DNA of 64,000 nucleotides. It comes from a virus. Within the stretch, counting starts at the first letter, position 1; every line of letters begins with the position of its first letter. Below, in pieces: positions 1 to 10,222 of the stretch. A program made the translations under genes and the position numbers. The DNA is taken from positions 1-64,000 of IMG/VR virus record IMGVR_UViG_3300025704_002294, one strand, 5' to 3'. Below the pieces are notes generated by a model. That model saw nothing but the letters and a program-made list of their open reading frames with translations. It did no database searches and was not told the origin of the DNA.

Positions 1-297
1 AATCCTGCAACAGGAAAATATTCAAACTATGTTCCGGACTTTATGATTCAATACACAGATAAAAATGGTTCGCAACACGTTGAACTTATAGAGATCAAAC
101 CTCGTAATCAAACAACAATGGAAAGTGCTAGAACACAAGGACAAGCATTTCAAACTGCCGTAAATGCCGCTAAGTGGACTGCGGCACAAGAATGGTGCAA
201 ACGTAAAGGAATACGTTTTAAAGTAATAAACGAAGACCAAATATTCCAAAATAATAAACCTCGAAAGCCAAAAAGAATTGCTAGGAAACGTAAATGA
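1..297 (+). CDS. Head completion nuclease (T4 gp4 / TnsA-N-like), 5' truncated
   Basis: Frame is open from base 1 (NPATGKYSNYVPDFMIQY). It has YVPDF...ELIEIKP PD-(D/E)xK motifs and NAAKWTAA...FKVINE typical of gp4-like proteins. Confidence 0.8.
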   Translation, partial: NPATGKYSNYVPDFMIQYTDKNGSQHVELIEIKPRNQTTMESARTQGQAFQTAVNAAKWTAAQEWCKRKGIRFKVINEDQIFQNNKPRKPKRIARKRK

Positions 298-785
298 AAA
301 TAGTTGAGATAGCAAATTCAATTGACCATAGGCACATTATAAGAAAAATAATGATAGACAAAAAATGGCCTGCAGGACTTGTAAAAGAAATAGAAGATGA
401 ATGGATTATGTTGGACCCTAATGGTGGCAAAGACGCTGTAGAATATATAAACAACTTAACATTAGTTAAGCCACAACCAGTAAAGATGCCTGTAGAAACA
501 TTATTAAAGCATAAAGATAACATACATCAAATGAAAAATTTGCCCCAAGATATTTTATATAAGATAAAGCAAAATCATCCAAATTCTCAAATACCTAAAT
601 CTGTAAATAAAAACTTTGAAAAAAATCCTAAACGATATGATCAATATTCTAAAATGGACCCTTCTACAGCAAGACCTAGTGTAATGGTAGATGGCGCAAT
701 AGATTTTGGTGTAGGTAGATTTACAGCCGCATTAGTAAGAGGCGACCAGCATCTAAATGTTTGGCAATTACAAGCAAATAAATAA
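294..785 (+). CDS. Hypothetical protein with ParB/Srx-like C-terminus and CTS-like N-terminus
   Basis: Starts MKIVEI. C-terminal PSVMVDGAIDFGVGRFTAALVRG resembles the ParB-N G..R motif. Confidence 0.45.
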   Translation: MKIVEIANSIDHRHIIRKIMIDKKWPAGLVKEIEDEWIMLDPNGGKDAVEYINNLTLVKPQPVKMPVETLLKHKDNIHQMKNLPQDILYKIKQNHPNSQIPKSVNKNFEKNPKRYDQYSKMDPSTARPSVMVDGAIDFGVGRFTAALVRGDQHLNVWQLQANK

Positions 786-789
786 ATGC

Positions 790-1599
790 ATGAAGTTATT
801 AGTAGGCGGTGATAGTTTTGCACAATTTCCAGATCATTCTTTCCAATGTATTGAAACTCGAACGTATATAGATTATCCAGAATCAAACCTGGGAAAAGGG
901 TTCAGACAAAATTTACTTTTTAAACATTGGTGCCAGCATTTAGATGAAAATGCTGTGTCTGTTGGCATTGGTGGATCGGATATAAGCACAACGTCTCTTG
1001 TAACATTACAAGAACTAATGTCCGGTAACTATACACATTGTATATTTTTTGTTACAAATTTCTATAGAGATATTGTAGAGGTTAATAAAGCAGACCCAAT
1101 GGACTCTCCACGTTTTGCTGATCATACAGAATTTGATACGTTATACAAAGATAAAGATTATATTAAGCATATTCACTGGACAAGTGAAAAAGAAGACGAT
1201 GCTGACGATATGTCAGAAAAGGTTTATAGAAAAATTAGGAGTAATGTATGGTTTGATACTGATGAAATAACAGGTAAACATAAACAAGGTTTTCTCACAT
1301 ATCTTAAATATTATGCAGACTTTAAGTATATACACGATAGGTTATCAAATCTAATGTTCTTAAAAAAATATTGCGATGACAACAGCATTAACCTATGTTT
1401 TGTATATCCGTTTTATCCTAATCCTTCTTCGAGAAATACAATAAAGTATATATCGGGAGAACACTTTCACTACCCAATGCTCCAAACTAGATTAACATCA
1501 GAATTTTTTAAATGGGCAGTAACACACCATACTGAAGAAGAGCATACATTTATAGCACACCGCTTCAAAAGACAATACTCTTATTGGTTAAATAAATAG
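790..1599 (+). CDS. SGNH/GDSL-like hydrolase-fold protein (start revised to ATG 790)
   Basis: MKLLVGGDSF block I and C-terminal HHTEEEH. TAAATA at 779-784 lies 5 nt before ATG 790. Confidence 0.55.
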   Translation: MKLLVGGDSFAQFPDHSFQCIETRTYIDYPESNLGKGFRQNLLFKHWCQHLDENAVSVGIGGSDISTTSLVTLQELMSGNYTHCIFFVTNFYRDIVEVNKADPMDSPRFADHTEFDTLYKDKDYIKHIHWTSEKEDDADDMSEKVYRKIRSNVWFDTDEITGKHKQGFLTYLKYYADFKYIHDRLSNLMFLKKYCDDNSINLCFVYPFYPNPSSRNTIKYISGEHFHYPMLQTRLTSEFFKWAVTHHTEEEHTFIAHRFKRQYSYWLNK

Positions 1600-1603
1600 T
1601 AGT

Positions 1604-2092
1604 ATGACAAAGAAATTAGAAGAAGAGTTTAATTTACCGCCTTTAGACGAGGCTCTTGCAAAAGAAAATCCGGAAGAAGTGCCTTCTATAGAAGAAACAA
1701 AACAAGAAATTGTTGCTATGGAAGATGCATTAAGTGTCAGCGAAAAAATTAATATGGCATTTAAAGATGTAAAAGGATTAGAGGAGCATGAACATGAAAT
1801 GAATGACATTGCCAAAGAAGCACTTAGCAGTTATAAACAACTTATGAGTCTAGGCATGAATGTTAGTGATATGGCGGCTGGTAAAGTATTTGCAGAGGCA
1901 AGTAATATGTTAAAGATAGCCTTAGATGCCAGTGATACTAAAACAAAGGCTAAGTTACAGCAAATAGACTTAATGATTAAAAAGGCTAGATTAGATAGTA
2001 ATACCGGAAAAGGTGGAGATATTAACGCAGACGGAAATATACTATATGACAGGAACGAACTTTTAAAAATAATTAATAAAAATGATAAATAA
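1604..2092 (+). CDS. Conserved phage protein, possible terminase small subunit
   Basis: Helical coiled-coil protein ending DRNELLKII. It has a late motif upstream and lies upstream of terL. Confidence 0.4.
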   Translation: MTKKLEEEFNLPPLDEALAKENPEEVPSIEETKQEIVAMEDALSVSEKINMAFKDVKGLEEHEHEMNDIAKEALSSYKQLMSLGMNVSDMAAGKVFAEASNMLKIALDASDTKTKAKLQQIDLMIKKARLDSNTGKGGDINADGNILYDRNELLKIINKNDK

Positions 2093-2113
2093 GTGTGTAA
2101 AGGAGTTTATACA

Positions 2114-2818
2114 ATGGAATTCAAAGATTATTTAACAGAATCATTTAACAAAGAATACGGCTACAGAGTCAAGTTGGCCTGTAACTGCACAAGCGAACAC
2201 ATGGATATTATTGAGGCTTGCCTTGCAAAATATAATGTTGTAAGTATCTCAGACTTTAAAAGAAAACCAATAGAAGAAAATCCTATGGAATTTTTAAAAG
2301 CCAAAGGTGTTCAAATGGTTTCAGAAGTAAGTAGCACAGACATAGTGTTAAAATATCCTGTTAATGATAGAATTTTAGAAGTATGGTTAGCAGTAAACTT
2401 AGGATTAGACCATGAACGTGTATTATGTTATGGTATTAAAGATCCAAGAAGAATTGAAAGTGATATGGCCGAAGAAAGACATGAGGCTGACAAAGATAGA
2501 TTTGTTACTCATGAAGATGCAGAACTTAATAACGAAGAACAAGCACATTACGAAAACGAAAATGCTGACTTAGACTTTAATGTTGCATTATTTGGTGAAG
2601 AACATAATAAAAAATTCTTAGAAGAACTCCAAAAAATCAAAGATGAAAAAGGTGCAGATTACTTCCGTAATTATCCTTCAAAAGATGAACTTATGGGAGA
2701 TGCTCTAAGACCTACATACGACAATATTGTCGGAACACCTAATATGGGTAAAGGTGCTGAAGGCACTAAAGAGGTATCTAGAGTAACACAGAGTGCAGGT
2801 GCCAGGAGAGCAGGATAA
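2114..2818 (+). CDS. Hypothetical virion/head protein (start revised to ATG 2114)
   Basis: AGGAG SD before ATG 2114. N-terminus MEFKDYLTE is CTS-like. Confidence 0.55.
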   Translation: MEFKDYLTESFNKEYGYRVKLACNCTSEHMDIIEACLAKYNVVSISDFKRKPIEENPMEFLKAKGVQMVSEVSSTDIVLKYPVNDRILEVWLAVNLGLDHERVLCYGIKDPRRIESDMAEERHEADKDRFVTHEDAELNNEEQAHYENENADLDFNVALFGEEHNKKFLEELQKIKDEKGADYFRNYPSKDELMGDALRPTYDNIVGTPNMGKGAEGTKEVSRVTQSAGARRAG

Positions 2819-3924
2819 TGTCAAATATTAAGATAAATGAAAACCCAGCAATGGGCGACTTACAGAAAGTTAAATCACAAGGTAGAGTAGCAGATGACAG
2901 CCTAGGCGGACTTAATCTTCCTATCTTAATGCAGGCATTACAAGCCGCGGCAACAGGTGAGCAACTAGCAGGTAATAAATCTCAACAGTTAGGCCTCTTT
3001 TTAAAATTGATTAATCCTATTATAGAAGCAGGAATGATCCAACAACTTATCCAACTAACAAAAAGAGCAGTAGCATCGCAAAAAGGACAATCTCAAGATA
3101 CAGGAATGTATAATCCAGTCGAGTCAGTAGATCTTACATCATTAAGAGAAGACGAAGCAATTCAAATGTTTATGACTGAGAATGCAATTAGTATGGCAAT
3201 ATTAGGCCAATACTTAGAACCAAAAGATGCAAGTTTAGTTCAACAAGCAATGCATCGTATGGATCAAGATGAAGGTATTCCTTCTAATTTAGTTCCAGCA
3301 TTAAAAAAATATATGCAAGTAGTAACTGATTTCTTAGAAATGGGCGGATCAGGCCTATCTAAATTAAAACAAACAGCAAAATCATTTTTAGGTAAAAATA
3401 TCGGCAAAGGCGAAAAGCCAGAAATGGAACCAGAAATGGAACCAGAAATGGAAAAAGAGTCAGTTGATTTAAGTGACCTCAAGAAACTAGCAGGTTTAAA
3501 AGAAGATTTAGGTTATATGGCACCAGAAGAAAAAGCAGAAGGTTCAGTTACTTTTAGACAATCAAAAAATACTGATAAAGGTTCTATAACTGTAGATGCA
3601 AGTGCAGACGATATGGAAGAACTTGCTAAGATTATGAAACTAGCAGGGTTAGAACTTCCTACTATGCAGGCATCAGCAGATGATGAAGATCCAGAGCAAG
3701 AAGAATTGTTGCTTCCACAAGAAGAAACATGTGACAGTTGCGGTTCACCAGCAGACGAATGTGAATGCTCAGGTCATGACCATGATGAAGAAGAAGTTGA
3801 CGCACCATGCGGCGATGATGAGCCACAAGGCACTCCAAAGATGATAATGATTACTCCAGACATGGATAAGAATGCAATCTTTAACAGCCTTAAAGCGAAA
3901 TTACAAGACAAACTTTCCTCGTAA
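2818..3924 (+). CDS. Acidic prohead core/scaffold-like protein
   Basis: Very acidic, with repeated ESVDL and LAGL(K)E motifs and a Cys/His cluster CDSCG...CECSGHDH. Confidence 0.45.
   Translation: MSNIKINENPAMGDLQKVKSQGRVADDSLGGLNLPILMQALQAAATGEQLAGNKSQQLGLFLKLINPIIEAGMIQQLIQLTKRAVASQKGQSQDTGMYNPVESVDLTSLREDEAIQMFMTENAISMAILGQYLEPKDASLVQQAMHRMDQDEGIPSNLVPALKKYMQVVTDFLEMGGSGLSKLKQTAKSFLGKNIGKGEKPEMEPEMEPEMEKESVDLSDLKKLAGLKEDLGYMAPEEKAEGSVTFRQSKNTDKGSITVDASADDMEELAKIMKLAGLELPTMQASADDEDPEQEELLLPQEETCDSCGSPADECECSGHDHDEEEVDAPCGDDEPQGTPKMIMITPDMDKNAIFNSLKAKLQDKLSS
3418..3453 (+). repeat. 12-bp tandem repeat x3 (CCAGAAATGGAA; PEME)
   Basis: Three exact in-frame copies read directly from the sequence. 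Confidence 0.9.
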
Positions 3925-3940
3925 CAAATAAATACTTTTT

Positions 3941-4810
3941 ATGTTAAATCATTTATACATAAATGGATGTAGTCACGCCAGTGGCTGGGGCAAAGGTCAC
4001 GAATTTTCAGTAACTAAAGAAAGCGGTATGAAGAGTTGGGTTGACCATTTTGCAGAAAAAACGTCAGCATCAGAACTTTGGAATCATTCCCTAATAGGCA
4101 AACCAATTGGAATGTCAACCATAGATACTTATGGGTTTTGTGAAGAATATTACCAACGATATAAAACATTTAAAGATCTATTTGTTTGTGTAGAATACAC
4201 ATTACCAGTATATAAATTGTTTAATCCTGTTGAAATAACAACTGGACAATTTAAAGGAGAGTATGTAATACCTGTATCATTTATGTCTGGCGAATGGTTT
4301 ACAAACGAAGATCCTAACGAAAAATATATAACTGTGTGGATTAGAAAGACTAAAGAATACCTCGCACCACAAGAACCTGAATTTATATTTGTAAGTAAAG
4401 ATAACATTGGCGAACAAAATTTAAATGCCCACAACAATAACTTATATGAATGGACAAAGGATAAAAATATTAATATTATGCCTTTTATAGAATACGCATA
4501 TACCGAGATAAAAAACACACAACAATACTTAGAACAAAGAAACATTAAATACCTAATGTATTGGGTAGGTGGCACTCGAGAAGAGTTTACTAGATTCGTA
4601 GACCAAAAGTATAGATCGCTATATAAAGATAATAAATTTATACCTATGACTACATATTCAGGAACAAAACATGGAACTGAATGGTCAGAAAAGCCATTTA
4701 ATAACCACCCAGATGCAATAGGGCATAAACGTATTGCAGACTTTATATTTGATTGGGTAGTAAAGAATAATCTACATAAAACATCTGATATTATACAGTT
4801 AGGCAACTAA
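3941..4810 (+). CDS. SGNH-like hydrolase-fold protein
   Basis: LYINGCSHA block I and NHPDAIGH block V. Confidence 0.55.
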   Translation: MLNHLYINGCSHASGWGKGHEFSVTKESGMKSWVDHFAEKTSASELWNHSLIGKPIGMSTIDTYGFCEEYYQRYKTFKDLFVCVEYTLPVYKLFNPVEITTGQFKGEYVIPVSFMSGEWFTNEDPNEKYITVWIRKTKEYLAPQEPEFIFVSKDNIGEQNLNAHNNNLYEWTKDKNINIMPFIEYAYTEIKNTQQYLEQRNIKYLMYWVGGTREEFTRFVDQKYRSLYKDNKFIPMTTYSGTKHGTEWSEKPFNNHPDAIGHKRIADFIFDWVVKNNLHKTSDIIQLGN

Positions 4811-4818
4811 ATACTAAT

Positions 4819-6405
4819 ATGGCAAGAGGAACAGCAGATACCAGTTTAATTAAGCAAGGCTTTAAAAAAGTTCCTATGTCTGCAGAACAGTTAAAGGACT
4901 TTGAAGACTGCTGTAATGAAGAAACAGGTGCTATGCATTTTATGACACAGCACATGAAAATACAGCATCCTACTAAAGGCGGTATAAAGTTTGAACCTTT
5001 TAACTATCAAAAAGGATTAGTCCAAAATTACAACCAATATAGATACAGTATAAACATGCTGGGTAGACAGATGGGTAAAACCACTGTAGCCGCAGGTTAT
5101 TTGTTGTGGTATGCAATGTTTAAACCTGACAGCACAATATTAGTTGCGGCACACAAACAAGCAGGTGCCAGTGAAATTATGCAACGTATTAGATATGCAT
5201 ACGAAAGTGTCCCTAATCATATACGAGCCGGTGTAACAGAATACAACAAAGGCTCTCTAACAATGGATAACGGTAGTAGAATAATAAGTGCTACAACAAC
5301 TGAAAATACTGGTAGGGGTATGTCACTTTCGTTGGTATACTTAGACGAGTTTGCATTTGTGCCAAATAGAATAGCCAAAGAATTTTGGACCTCACTATCA
5401 CCAACATTAGCAACAGGTGGTAAATGTATTATTACAAGCACACCAAACAGTGATGATGATACATTTGCTATGATCTGGAATCAAGCGAACAAACTGTTTG
5501 ACGAACATGGCAATGAACAAGAAGTAGGAGTCAACGGGTTTAAACCAATGATTGCTAAATGGGACGAGCATCCAGATAGAGATCCTGGTTGGGCAACAGA
5601 AGAACGCGGTAGGATAGGAGAAGAACGTTTTAGACGTGAACACGAATGCGAATTTATTATATACGATGAAACTCTTATCGATTCTTTAAAACTTTTAGAA
5701 ATAAAAGGTGTTGAACCAAGTCTTAGAATGGGACAAACACGATGGTATAAACAACCAGATCCAAACTCAATGTTTGTTGTAGCATTAGATCCTAGTTCGG
5801 GAACGGGTGGCGATAATGCGGCTATACAAGTATTAGAACTTTCAACAATGACACAGATAGCAGAGTGGTGTCATAATAAGACACCTATAGAAGGACAAAT
5901 GAAAGCAATGCTAGATATACTAATGTATCTTAAAGAATGTAAATGCGATCAATTATATTGGTCTGTAGAGAACAATAGTATCGGCGAAGCGGCTTTAGTG
6001 GTTATTAGAGATACAGGTGAGGAAACATTTCCAGGTGATTTTTTACATGAGCCTAAACGAATACAAGGTAAGAAAGGACGCAAAGGTTTTCATACCACAC
6101 ATAAAAGCAAAATGGAAGGTTGTTTATTTCTAAAAAGATTAGTAGAACAAGATAAGATAAAACTTAAAAGTAAAATGCTTGTATCAGAACTTAAAAACTT
6201 TGTATCAAGAGCAAACAGTTTTGCCGCCAAACCAGGCGAATACGATGACTTAGTAATGTCTTTAGTTATTGCTGTTAGAATGATTCAATATATAGGCACA
6301 TTTGAAGAACAAGTTTATGATCAAATAAACAGTGGTTTAGGCCCCGGATTTAGCGAAGATGATTATGATGATGCCGATGGTCCGATGCCAGTTGGGATAA
6401 TTTAG
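4819..6405 (+). CDS. terL: Terminase large subunit (T4 gp17-like)
   Basis: GRQMGKTT Walker A, VYLDEFAF Walker B, ITSTPN motif III, ALDPSSG and DDLVM nuclease motifs. Confidence 0.95.
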   Translation: MARGTADTSLIKQGFKKVPMSAEQLKDFEDCCNEETGAMHFMTQHMKIQHPTKGGIKFEPFNYQKGLVQNYNQYRYSINMLGRQMGKTTVAAGYLLWYAMFKPDSTILVAAHKQAGASEIMQRIRYAYESVPNHIRAGVTEYNKGSLTMDNGSRIISATTTENTGRGMSLSLVYLDEFAFVPNRIAKEFWTSLSPTLATGGKCIITSTPNSDDDTFAMIWNQANKLFDEHGNEQEVGVNGFKPMIAKWDEHPDRDPGWATEERGRIGEERFRREHECEFIIYDETLIDSLKLLEIKGVEPSLRMGQTRWYKQPDPNSMFVVALDPSSGTGGDNAAIQVLELSTMTQIAEWCHNKTPIEGQMKAMLDILMYLKECKCDQLYWSVENNSIGEAALVVIRDTGEETFPGDFLHEPKRIQGKKGRKGFHTTHKSKMEGCLFLKRLVEQDKIKLKSKMLVSELKNFVSRANSFAAKPGEYDDLVMSLVIAVRMIQYIGTFEEQVYDQINSGLGPGFSEDDYDDADGPMPVGII

Positions 6406-6417
6406 ATAAATAGTTGT

Positions 6418-7683
6418 ATGGCAACTAATAAAAAACAAGTTTCAGAAAAAATATTTAACCTTATGAAAGGTTTTGGCTTTGAAGTTAAAACATTTGACGT
6501 CCAAGGCAACAACGAAATCAACCCGCAAGAAAGCACAAGATTTGTTGTTGATGAACCAAATATACTAGTTAGATTGGATTTAAATAAAAATTCAGTTATT
6601 TTAAATACAAGCGAAGATCTAACAGATCATAAAATTAGACCAATGTTAAAAGAGTTAAGTAAAGATTACTTAATGAACTTTGACTATAATGTGTTTGGTA
6701 AAAGATTAAAAGCAAAAGGTGAATTACAAGATGCAGAAAAAAATTCGGAGAAAGATATGGCAGAAGTTATGGAGGCTAGTCTAGGTAAACTGTCAGGTTC
6801 AACTAAAACAAGTTATCAACCTTTAGAGAACGTAAAGATAGTATTGAAGCATAAAAAAGCAGTAGACGAAGAAGTAAGAGGCTCTCGTAGTAGGAATATA
6901 CAAAATGTATTCATACAACGTGGCGACGAAAGATTTAAACTACCTGAAAACAATTTAGCAATGGCTAGAGCAATGGCTCGCCATGTTCAACAAGGTGGCG
7001 AAGTATATGATAGCATTGGTGAATCTATAATTAACATGGCACAAGACTTAACTAAGTTGCGTGAATTTATTGTTTATGTAAGAAGATCTAATATCGTTAA
7101 CGAAGCAAATGCAGAATATGTAGATCTAGCAATAGAAAACATTAATAACATTAAAGAAACATTTAAAAAGTTACAAGGTGCAAAAACATACGCAACAGCA
7201 GTTGAAAGTATTTCATCACAAGAAAAATTTAATTTAGAAGAAGATGACTCCGAAATCCAATCTTTGTTTACTGAAACACATTTTGATAGTAAAGTTGCAA
7301 ACGTAATGGATAACTTACGAACATTAAATTTAAAAAGAAAAGCATTTGAATCACACATTATTAAAGCAATTAAAAATGAAAACTTTAATAATGCAGTTGA
7401 CATGCTTAAAGAAACAGAATTATTACAGTTTGATACACCTCATGCCAAATTAGGGCATCAGGTTAGTCAATTAGGCTTCAGTGCTAGAGACGAAAAGTTA
7501 GGTGGTTACTTACGTGACTGCGGTAAACGTCTTAGTAGTGGAGGCAGAATGAGCAACTTTGATTACACAGCAATCAAAAGTTCATTATTAAGTGCAGGCA
7601 ACGGACCTGCTGTGCAAAGCGAACCAATGACTCATATGGAATCATTTGAGAAGTATATGGACCGTTTTTCAGTAGATTTTTAA
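6418..7683 (+). CDS. Conserved hypothetical phage protein (probable virion/head component)
   Basis: Long ORF with phage-like codon usage and a TAAATA-N5-ATG start. Confidence 0.6.
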   Translation: MATNKKQVSEKIFNLMKGFGFEVKTFDVQGNNEINPQESTRFVVDEPNILVRLDLNKNSVILNTSEDLTDHKIRPMLKELSKDYLMNFDYNVFGKRLKAKGELQDAEKNSEKDMAEVMEASLGKLSGSTKTSYQPLENVKIVLKHKKAVDEEVRGSRSRNIQNVFIQRGDERFKLPENNLAMARAMARHVQQGGEVYDSIGESIINMAQDLTKLREFIVYVRRSNIVNEANAEYVDLAIENINNIKETFKKLQGAKTYATAVESISSQEKFNLEEDDSEIQSLFTETHFDSKVANVMDNLRTLNLKRKAFESHIIKAIKNENFNNAVDMLKETELLQFDTPHAKLGHQVSQLGFSARDEKLGGYLRDCGKRLSSGGRMSNFDYTAIKSSLLSAGNGPAVQSEPMTHMESFEKYMDRFSVDF

Positions 7684-7715
7684 TAGCATTTAATAAATAA
7701 AGTTGTAATTTAAAA

Positions 7716-7731
7716 ATTGTCCTAGGACAAT
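7716..7731. repeat. Perfect 16-bp palindrome ATTGTCCTAGGACAAT
   Basis: Equals its own reverse complement; intergenic, upstream of the SSB gene. Confidence 0.9.
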
Positions 7732-7779
7732 CAGAGAGTTACATTATTGTAATTTTGGTAATTTATTTACAAAAATAGG

Positions 7780-7808
7780 TTGACAAGATTACATTTTGGC
7801 ATTAATAT
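7780..7808 (+). promoter_or_regulatory. Sigma70-type promoter for the SSB/uvsX operon
   Basis: TTGACA-17-TAATAT, with AGGAGA SD before ATG 7863. Confidence 0.6.
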
Positions 7809-7862
7809 AAGAAAGTAATATAAAAATATTACGCACATGGCATACATTATAGGAGAAACATC

Positions 7863-8879
7863 ATGGCATCTTTAGCAGAAATCAGAGCAAAACTACAATC
7901 AATGGAATCAAAACCTGGTAGTTCACCCGCTCAAAGCGATAAAGCAATATACCCTTTTTGGAACATCGACGAAGGAACAAGCACCGTTCTTAGGTTCTTA
8001 CCTGACTCGGATCCAAACAACACGTTCTTTTGGGTAGAACGACAAATGATCAGACTTACATTCCCAGGAGTGGCTGGCGGAGAACAGAAACCTGTTACCG
8101 TTCAAGTTCCTTGCATGGAAATGTGGGGTGATACATGCCCTGTATTGACTGAGGTTCGTCCTTGGTTTAAAGACTCAAGTCTTGAAGATATGGGTAGAAA
8201 GTATTGGAAAAAACGTTCATACATTTTCCAAGGCTTTGTAAACGAAAATCCTCTCAGCGAAGATTCACCAGAGAATCCAATTAGACGTTTTGTTATTGGA
8301 CCTCAAATCTTTAACATTATTAAATCAGCATTGATGGATCCAGAAATGGAAAACCTTCCAACTGATTATGTAGCAGGAACAGATTTCCGTTTAGCAAAAA
8401 CAACCAAAGGTCAATACGCAGACTATTCTACAAGTAAGTGGGCAAGAAAAGAAAGTGCTCTTACTGAAGAACAACTTGCGGCAATTGATACACATGGACT
8501 ATTTAATCTGAATGAGTTCTTACCTGCTAAACCAACAGCAGAAGGCGTTCAAGCAATAGCAGAAATGTTCCAAGCATCAGTAGATGGGGAGTTATATGAT
8601 CCTGCTAAATGGGGTCAGTTTTACAAACCCTATGGACTTGACGTTCCTAAAGTATCTGGAACACAAACACAATCAACAGTTGCACCGGCTCAACCTGCTC
8701 CAGCAGTATCACAGCCTGCAACAGAGAGTGTGGCTCCTGTAGTTGAAACACCTGCTCCGGCAACACCAGTTGCTGAGACACCTGAACCTGCACCTACACC
8801 AGCACCTGCTAGTGAAGATGTTGGCAAAAAGTCGGCTGATGACATTCTGAATATGATCAGAAACAGACAGTCGTCTTAA
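7863..8879 (+). CDS. Single-stranded DNA-binding protein (T4 gp32-like)
   Basis: LRFLPD, PC...CPV, YWKKRSY, G.DF.L.K and YADYSTSKW motifs, a Pro/Ala-rich linker and a DDIL tail. Confidence 0.9.
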   Translation: MASLAEIRAKLQSMESKPGSSPAQSDKAIYPFWNIDEGTSTVLRFLPDSDPNNTFFWVERQMIRLTFPGVAGGEQKPVTVQVPCMEMWGDTCPVLTEVRPWFKDSSLEDMGRKYWKKRSYIFQGFVNENPLSEDSPENPIRRFVIGPQIFNIIKSALMDPEMENLPTDYVAGTDFRLAKTTKGQYADYSTSKWARKESALTEEQLAAIDTHGLFNLNEFLPAKPTAEGVQAIAEMFQASVDGELYDPAKWGQFYKPYGLDVPKVSGTQTQSTVAPAQPAPAVSQPATESVAPVVETPAPATPVAETPEPAPTPAPASEDVGKKSADDILNMIRNRQSS

Positions 8880-8889
8880 GGAGAAAATT

Positions 8890-9999
8890 ATGCAGAAACC
8901 TTTTGACTTAACAAAGTTTAGAACTGGAATCACTAAAAGCATATCTGGTATTAGTGCTGGTTTCCATGACCCTAGGGATTGGATCAGCACTGGTAACAAA
9001 ACACTAGACTACCTAATAAGTGGGGACTTCCAAGGAGGTATCCCACTAGGTAAAGTTAGTGTGTTTGCAGGTGAATCAGGTTCTGGTAAATCGTTTATAT
9101 GTTCTGGAAACATTGTAAAAAATGCACAAGATGCCGGTTGTCAAGTAGTATTATTTGACTCTGAAAATGCACTTGACGAGCAATGGCTTCAAGCATTAGA
9201 CGTTGATACAAGTCCAGAAAAACTATTAAAAATTAGTGTTTCAATGATCGATGATGTTGCTAAAGCAATATCAGAATTTTTAAAAGACTATAAAGCAAAC
9301 TACAGCGATCTTCCTTACGAAGATATGCCTAAATTAGTGTTTGTAGTAGATAGTTTAGGAATGTTATTAACACCAACTGACGTTGCTCAATTTGAGAAAG
9401 GTGACATGAAGGGTGATATGGGTAGAAAACCAAAGGCATTAACAGCCTTAGTTAGAAACACAGTCAACCAGATTGCTCCTTTTCCAATAGCACTTGTGGC
9501 AACTAATCACACTTATGCATCGCAAGATATGTTTGACCCTGATGATAAAATATCAGGCGGTCAAGGCTTTATCTATGCAAGTAGTATTGTGGTTGCTATG
9601 AAAAAACTTAAATTAAAAGAAGATTTAGATGGCAACAAAGTTAGCACGGTGCAAGGAATTAGAGCGGCCTGTAAAGTAATGAAATCACGTTACAGCAAAC
9701 CGTTCGAAGGCGTTCAAATTAAAATACCATACGAGACTGGCATGGACCCATATAGTGGCCTATTGGAAATGCTTGAATCTAAAGGTATTGTAGATAAAGT
9801 TGGTAATAAACTCTCTTATGTTTCCCCTGTAACAGGTGAGGAAATCAAAGAGTTCAGAAAAGGCTGGACTGGAGACAAACTTCAGGTAATTATAGATGAA
9901 TGGGGTCAAAATCCTAAAGTTCAAGAAATTGAACCAGATGAAGATGTTGACCTAAATGACTTAGAACCAACTGAAGAGGAATACGCAGATGAGTCCTGA
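8890..9999 (+). CDS. uvsX: RecA-like recombinase UvsX
   Basis: AGESGSGKS Walker A, FDSENA, VVDSLG and SGGQGFIYASS; lies next to the gp32-like gene. Confidence 0.92.
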   Translation: MQKPFDLTKFRTGITKSISGISAGFHDPRDWISTGNKTLDYLISGDFQGGIPLGKVSVFAGESGSGKSFICSGNIVKNAQDAGCQVVLFDSENALDEQWLQALDVDTSPEKLLKISVSMIDDVAKAISEFLKDYKANYSDLPYEDMPKLVFVVDSLGMLLTPTDVAQFEKGDMKGDMGRKPKALTALVRNTVNQIAPFPIALVATNHTYASQDMFDPDDKISGGQGFIYASSIVVAMKKLKLKEDLDGNKVSTVQGIRAACKVMKSRYSKPFEGVQIKIPYETGMDPYSGLLEMLESKGIVDKVGNKLSYVSPVTGEEIKEFRKGWTGDKLQVIIDEWGQNPKVQEIEPDEDVDLNDLEPTEEEYADES

Positions 10000-10222
10000 A
10001 GTAGCATTATTACTTGAAACCTGGGATAATATAAAATCATATATCCCTAAAAAAGAACGTCTTAATATTGCAGAAACATTAGTTAGAACATTTGATGATA
10101 ACGTTGATATTTCTGAAGTTGAAGACAACATCATGGAATTTGATTCAGTAATGAAGGCGGCATTAGTTAGCCACTTTGACTTACTTGAGGAAAACGATGA
10201 TGAAGATGAGGATTGGGAATAA
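9989..10222 (+). CDS. Small acidic hypothetical protein
   Basis: GAGGA SD; operonic between uvsX and uvsY. Confidence 0.6.
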   Translation: MSPEVALLLETWDNIKSYIPKKERLNIAETLVRTFDDNVDISEVEDNIMEFDSVMKAALVSHFDLLEENDDEDEDWE

